A stretch of 64,000 nucleotides of DNA, taken from assembly GCA_002633005.1 (NCBI GenBank), contig NMRA01000594.1:30949-94948 (forward strand), given 5' to 3'. Of this stretch, positions 60,968 through 64,000 are shown piece after piece (the first letter of the stretch is position 1; each line of letters opens with the position of its first letter). The translations under genes were made by a program, and so were the position numbers. The notes below the pieces were generated by a model. The model did no database searches, was not told where the DNA came from, and saw only the letters and a list, made by a program, of their open reading frames with translations. Source of the stretch: Phoronis australis. Lineage: Eukaryota > Animalia > Phoronida.

Positions 60968-63130
60968 CTAATTTCTGTTAACTGAGATTGAATTGCTGCA
61001 GCTTATGCCACTGCATTCTCCACATGTAACCGAGCACGGCAATTCTAACTCTCTTGGAATTGCAGTTGGTCTTATACTGTACGAGCATCTTACTACTTTC
61101 AACAGGTTCCCTTGTGCTGCTGGCTGGCCCATCGTGGGAATGAATATACATATTGCAGGTTTTTTAACAGATTTCAAACTGCCAAATGACAAATAGTTTA
61201 TGTACTTTGACCCTACCCACTTTGGTTTAACTCTTTTAACAAACTCTTTAGACACATACATGTACATGTAGGACTGATCTGAGTCACTATCAAATAACAC
61301 TACGACAAGAGACTCACCAGAGCTACCAACAGCAGTCTGCAATAAACTAGTCGATTTTCTTCGGTTAGTGAACCATGTGGCTGTAGGATCAGTTGACATC
61401 TTGGTTGCAGAATTGCTAACATCACTGTCGCACAACAAATAATGATGAGCTCCATTGCAATTTTCCCAACACATTTTGCAATTGCGCGCAACATGCCCCT
61501 TCTTGAGGCACCTGAAACACAGGCGCAATGCCTTAAATTTGTCGAGTCGTGATGTTGGTTCAAAGTTCATCAAGTCCCAGCATTTTTATGTACCATGCTT
61601 TCGTTGACAACATGAGCATAAAAATGCGGAAGTAATGTGTTTGACTACACGCTATTCCCTACTAAGATGAACCTTAGGCTTATCACTCAGTTTCAAGAAT
61701 GCATCTGACCTGCCTTGACGGTAAACGTCAGCATGTAACATATCCAACAAGAACTGCAGATCACCTTCCCTTCCCTCGGAGTTCCTCGCCCACTACAGCC
61801 TTTCTTCATCTGGCAATCGGCTAACGATGACTGGAGTCAGAAGCAGTCCAAACTGATAACCATCGAAGCCAAGTGATTCTAGACTTCTTACATGGGCGTT
61901 CAGTTGGTCGAGCATTGTCCACAATGTAATGACGTTGTTTGCATTCACTGACGGTGTGAACAAGTTCAACAGTTCTTGCGTATGACAAAAAATATGTTTT
62001 TCTTTTCTGCCATAACGGTTGACTAACAACTCTAGTGCGTGTCTATAATTGTGTTCAGTCAGTGCCAAACCCTTCATACACTCCAACTCTTGGCTTTCTA
62101 ACAAACTTTGCAAATTAATTTTCCGGCAGATTTGGGTTCTGGTGAATAATGGCCTCAAACTTATCATAGAATGTCTGCCATTTTTTGAGATTACCACTGA
62201 ACGTCAGAAACTGTATCTTTGCTAAACTAGTGGTCATTTTTATGGTTTTGAAATCGTTTTTATTGTCTGCCTCTTCATCTATCAAACTGCTCAATGGACT
62301 ATTAGGAATCATACTTGTTGTGTTCTTATGAGAAGACCATTTCTGGGATTGATTTTCGGATAGATACGAGACCTGTGGCGTCCCCCAGTGGTGACTTTTT
62401 GTTTTTCCCGAAATGGCTATAGCTTTTGATTTCTTTGCATGATTTTTGTGAACTGTTACAAGACAGTGTTGTCTTTTAGATGTGGCAATGGGTGTCCATG
62501 ACTTTTTGGGCTGCTCTGACTACAGCCAACGTCCCCCAGTAGCAGTTTTATTTTTGTTTTTGCCACTATATCTTCTGAAATTCTCGACGTTTTTTGAAAT
62601 TTGGCAGACTATTTTCTATAGTAATGACAGCCCTTTCCAATTTGTGATGGATTTGACGTATTTTGTGCCCACCTAGTGGCCATGTCAATTGTTTTTCAGT
62701 CTGCTTTTGTCGTATGCTTCTGAATCTGTCGAACCACTCAGAATATCGTTAAGAAAATTGGCACATGTGTTCTTACACGCATGAGCTTGCATGACTTGGA
62801 TGGATTTTCAGATGGGTCCAACTACTGTGGTGCCTCCTAGGGACATTATTTTCGCATCAGCTTCTGGACGTACTAAACTACTTGCAATATCATTATTTGT
62901 CAAGTCAATTTCTATTTCTATTTGTATTATCTCCGCAACAGATGGACTGATTCGACTACCGTTGCGTCTTCTTATGAAAATTTGTTTTGTAACACCTGCC
63001 TCTGCATCTTTGGGGTTTCTGGGTGTATTTTCTGGAAAGTTGACTAATAATTGTGTAATGGAGTCGATGATTTTTGATGTATTCCGTGCCATTTGATAGT
63101 CATTGAAATGATACTAAAAACACGATTAAG
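60968..63130 (-). mobile_element. BEL/Pao LTR retrotransposon remnant (gag, zinc knuckle, aspartic protease)
   Basis: L.KIQF.TFSGN.KKWQTFYDKFEAIIH, GLALTEHNY..ALELL..RYG, HVRSLESLG and IVSRLP (DUF1759-type gag); LCFRCLKKGHVARNC; LLQTA..VLFDS.S.QSY (DUF1758-type protease). RT and integrase not seen. Lies in a KYAT intron. Confidence 0.9.
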
Positions 63131-63346
63131 AGCACACCACTTGTGTAGCAGTCGTGGTCGCTTTTTAAAGCCCAGCGTTGCACTTGTTATAAAAATTTGC
63201 AAGTTACATTACGGGACATTCTGCATGTAAAATGCTTAACATATATCTAACCACACGGAAAATGATTTTTTCTCGCTGACATGGGGAGAGGATGAAAGAC
63301 CCACGGTCTGATTATTGTACTCTTAATGCTGTTTGCATTTTACCAG

Positions 63347-63536
63347 GTGGCGATAGCAAACTGCATCGAGCACGAGATGAACAGATTTGGAAGCCCAGAA
63401 TGTTATTTCACTTCCTTGTCTCGAGAAATGGCGACAAAGCGCGACAGGTTCGCGTCACTTCTCAAGGAAGTCGAAATTCGACCAATCATACCGGACGGAG
63501 GTTACTTTCTCTTGTGTGACGTGAGTGAGGCACTTG
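63347..63536 (+). CDS. KYAT: KYAT exon (open)
   Basis: TTTTACCAG|VAIANCIEHEMNRFGSPECYFTSLSREMATKRDRFASLLKEVEIRPIIPDGGYFLLCDVSEAL G|GTAAG, matching KYAT PECYF.SL..EL..KRD...P.GGYF. Confidence 0.9.
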
Positions 63537-64000
63537 GTAAGCCGCTACTTGATTTCCAGCTCTATTAACTTACATGTACATTAAAGTTATCTCAAGTCTT
63601 ATTTAGTGACCTCCATTCTAACTCATATAACGAGAAAATAGACTATGTCAACTAATCAAAGTATATATTTTCTTACAGAATGAAGACCAGATATTTGAAA
63701 AAATATGATATTTATAAGCATTGTTATTATTACGATACCAAATTTTGGTTTTAAGAAATGTACACTCAGTACAAATATCCCCGTTGTCTATTTTAACCTG
63801 ACCCATTTGAAATGGAAACTTCACATGTTACCCCAAAACGCTGTTAGGTATTCTTGATTACTCATTTGGCTTTGTTTCTATGCCAAATTAACTATCAAAG
63901 CGTAACACATTTTTGCTTTAAATAACAGTTGTATTCGTCTATCTTATGTGCTCAAAAACTAGGCGTTTAAAAGGAAAATCACCAAACAGGTGAATCAGTA

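Larger units (their letters stand above)
54015..63536 (+). pseudogene. KYAT: Kynurenine-oxoglutarate transaminase (KYAT/CCBL, class I PLP aminotransferase) gene, disrupted; continues past the window
   Basis: Exons in expected order: ~54015-54115 (WRLSD...KCFSSTT.MMML, degenerate), ~55524-55635 (DFCRYHDVICIAD../TYDGASHNR), 58754-58921 (SLPGMWERTITICSAGK/FTMTGWRMGW..GP) and 63347-63536. Confidence 0.85.

Overview
AT-rich eukaryotic genomic DNA, probably a marine invertebrate (inferred from frequent TACATGTA, spliceosomal introns and the repeat families; N gaps at 8764-8773, 12288, 26818-26821, 29345 and 41628). I see no intact long gene, prokaryotic system, CRISPR array, rRNA or true tRNA. The window is a dense mix of transposon relics and decayed host genes. 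Transposons: an Academ-type (XPG-domain) DNA transposon with its right end; two ~3 kb AT-flanked TIR elements carrying THAP and YqaJ-like remnants (ISL2EU-like); two RTEX-like LINEs; a CR1-like LINE; a Penelope-like GIY-YIG remnant with a degenerate hammerhead motif; a BEL/Pao gag-protease remnant; tRNA-derived SINE heads; and several MITEs with target-site duplications. Host genes: a minus-strand multi-exon ankyrin-repeat gene (about 13.3-36.9 kb, roughly one repeat per exon, followed by a ~47-aa tandem repeat), a possible Ig-like repeat gene remnant, and a plus-strand kynurenine aminotransferase (KYAT/CCBL) gene with a frameshift just after the PLP lysine. A 1.65 kb tandem duplication joined by a single N is probably an assembly artefact. 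All family calls come from motif recognition by eye, not database searches.
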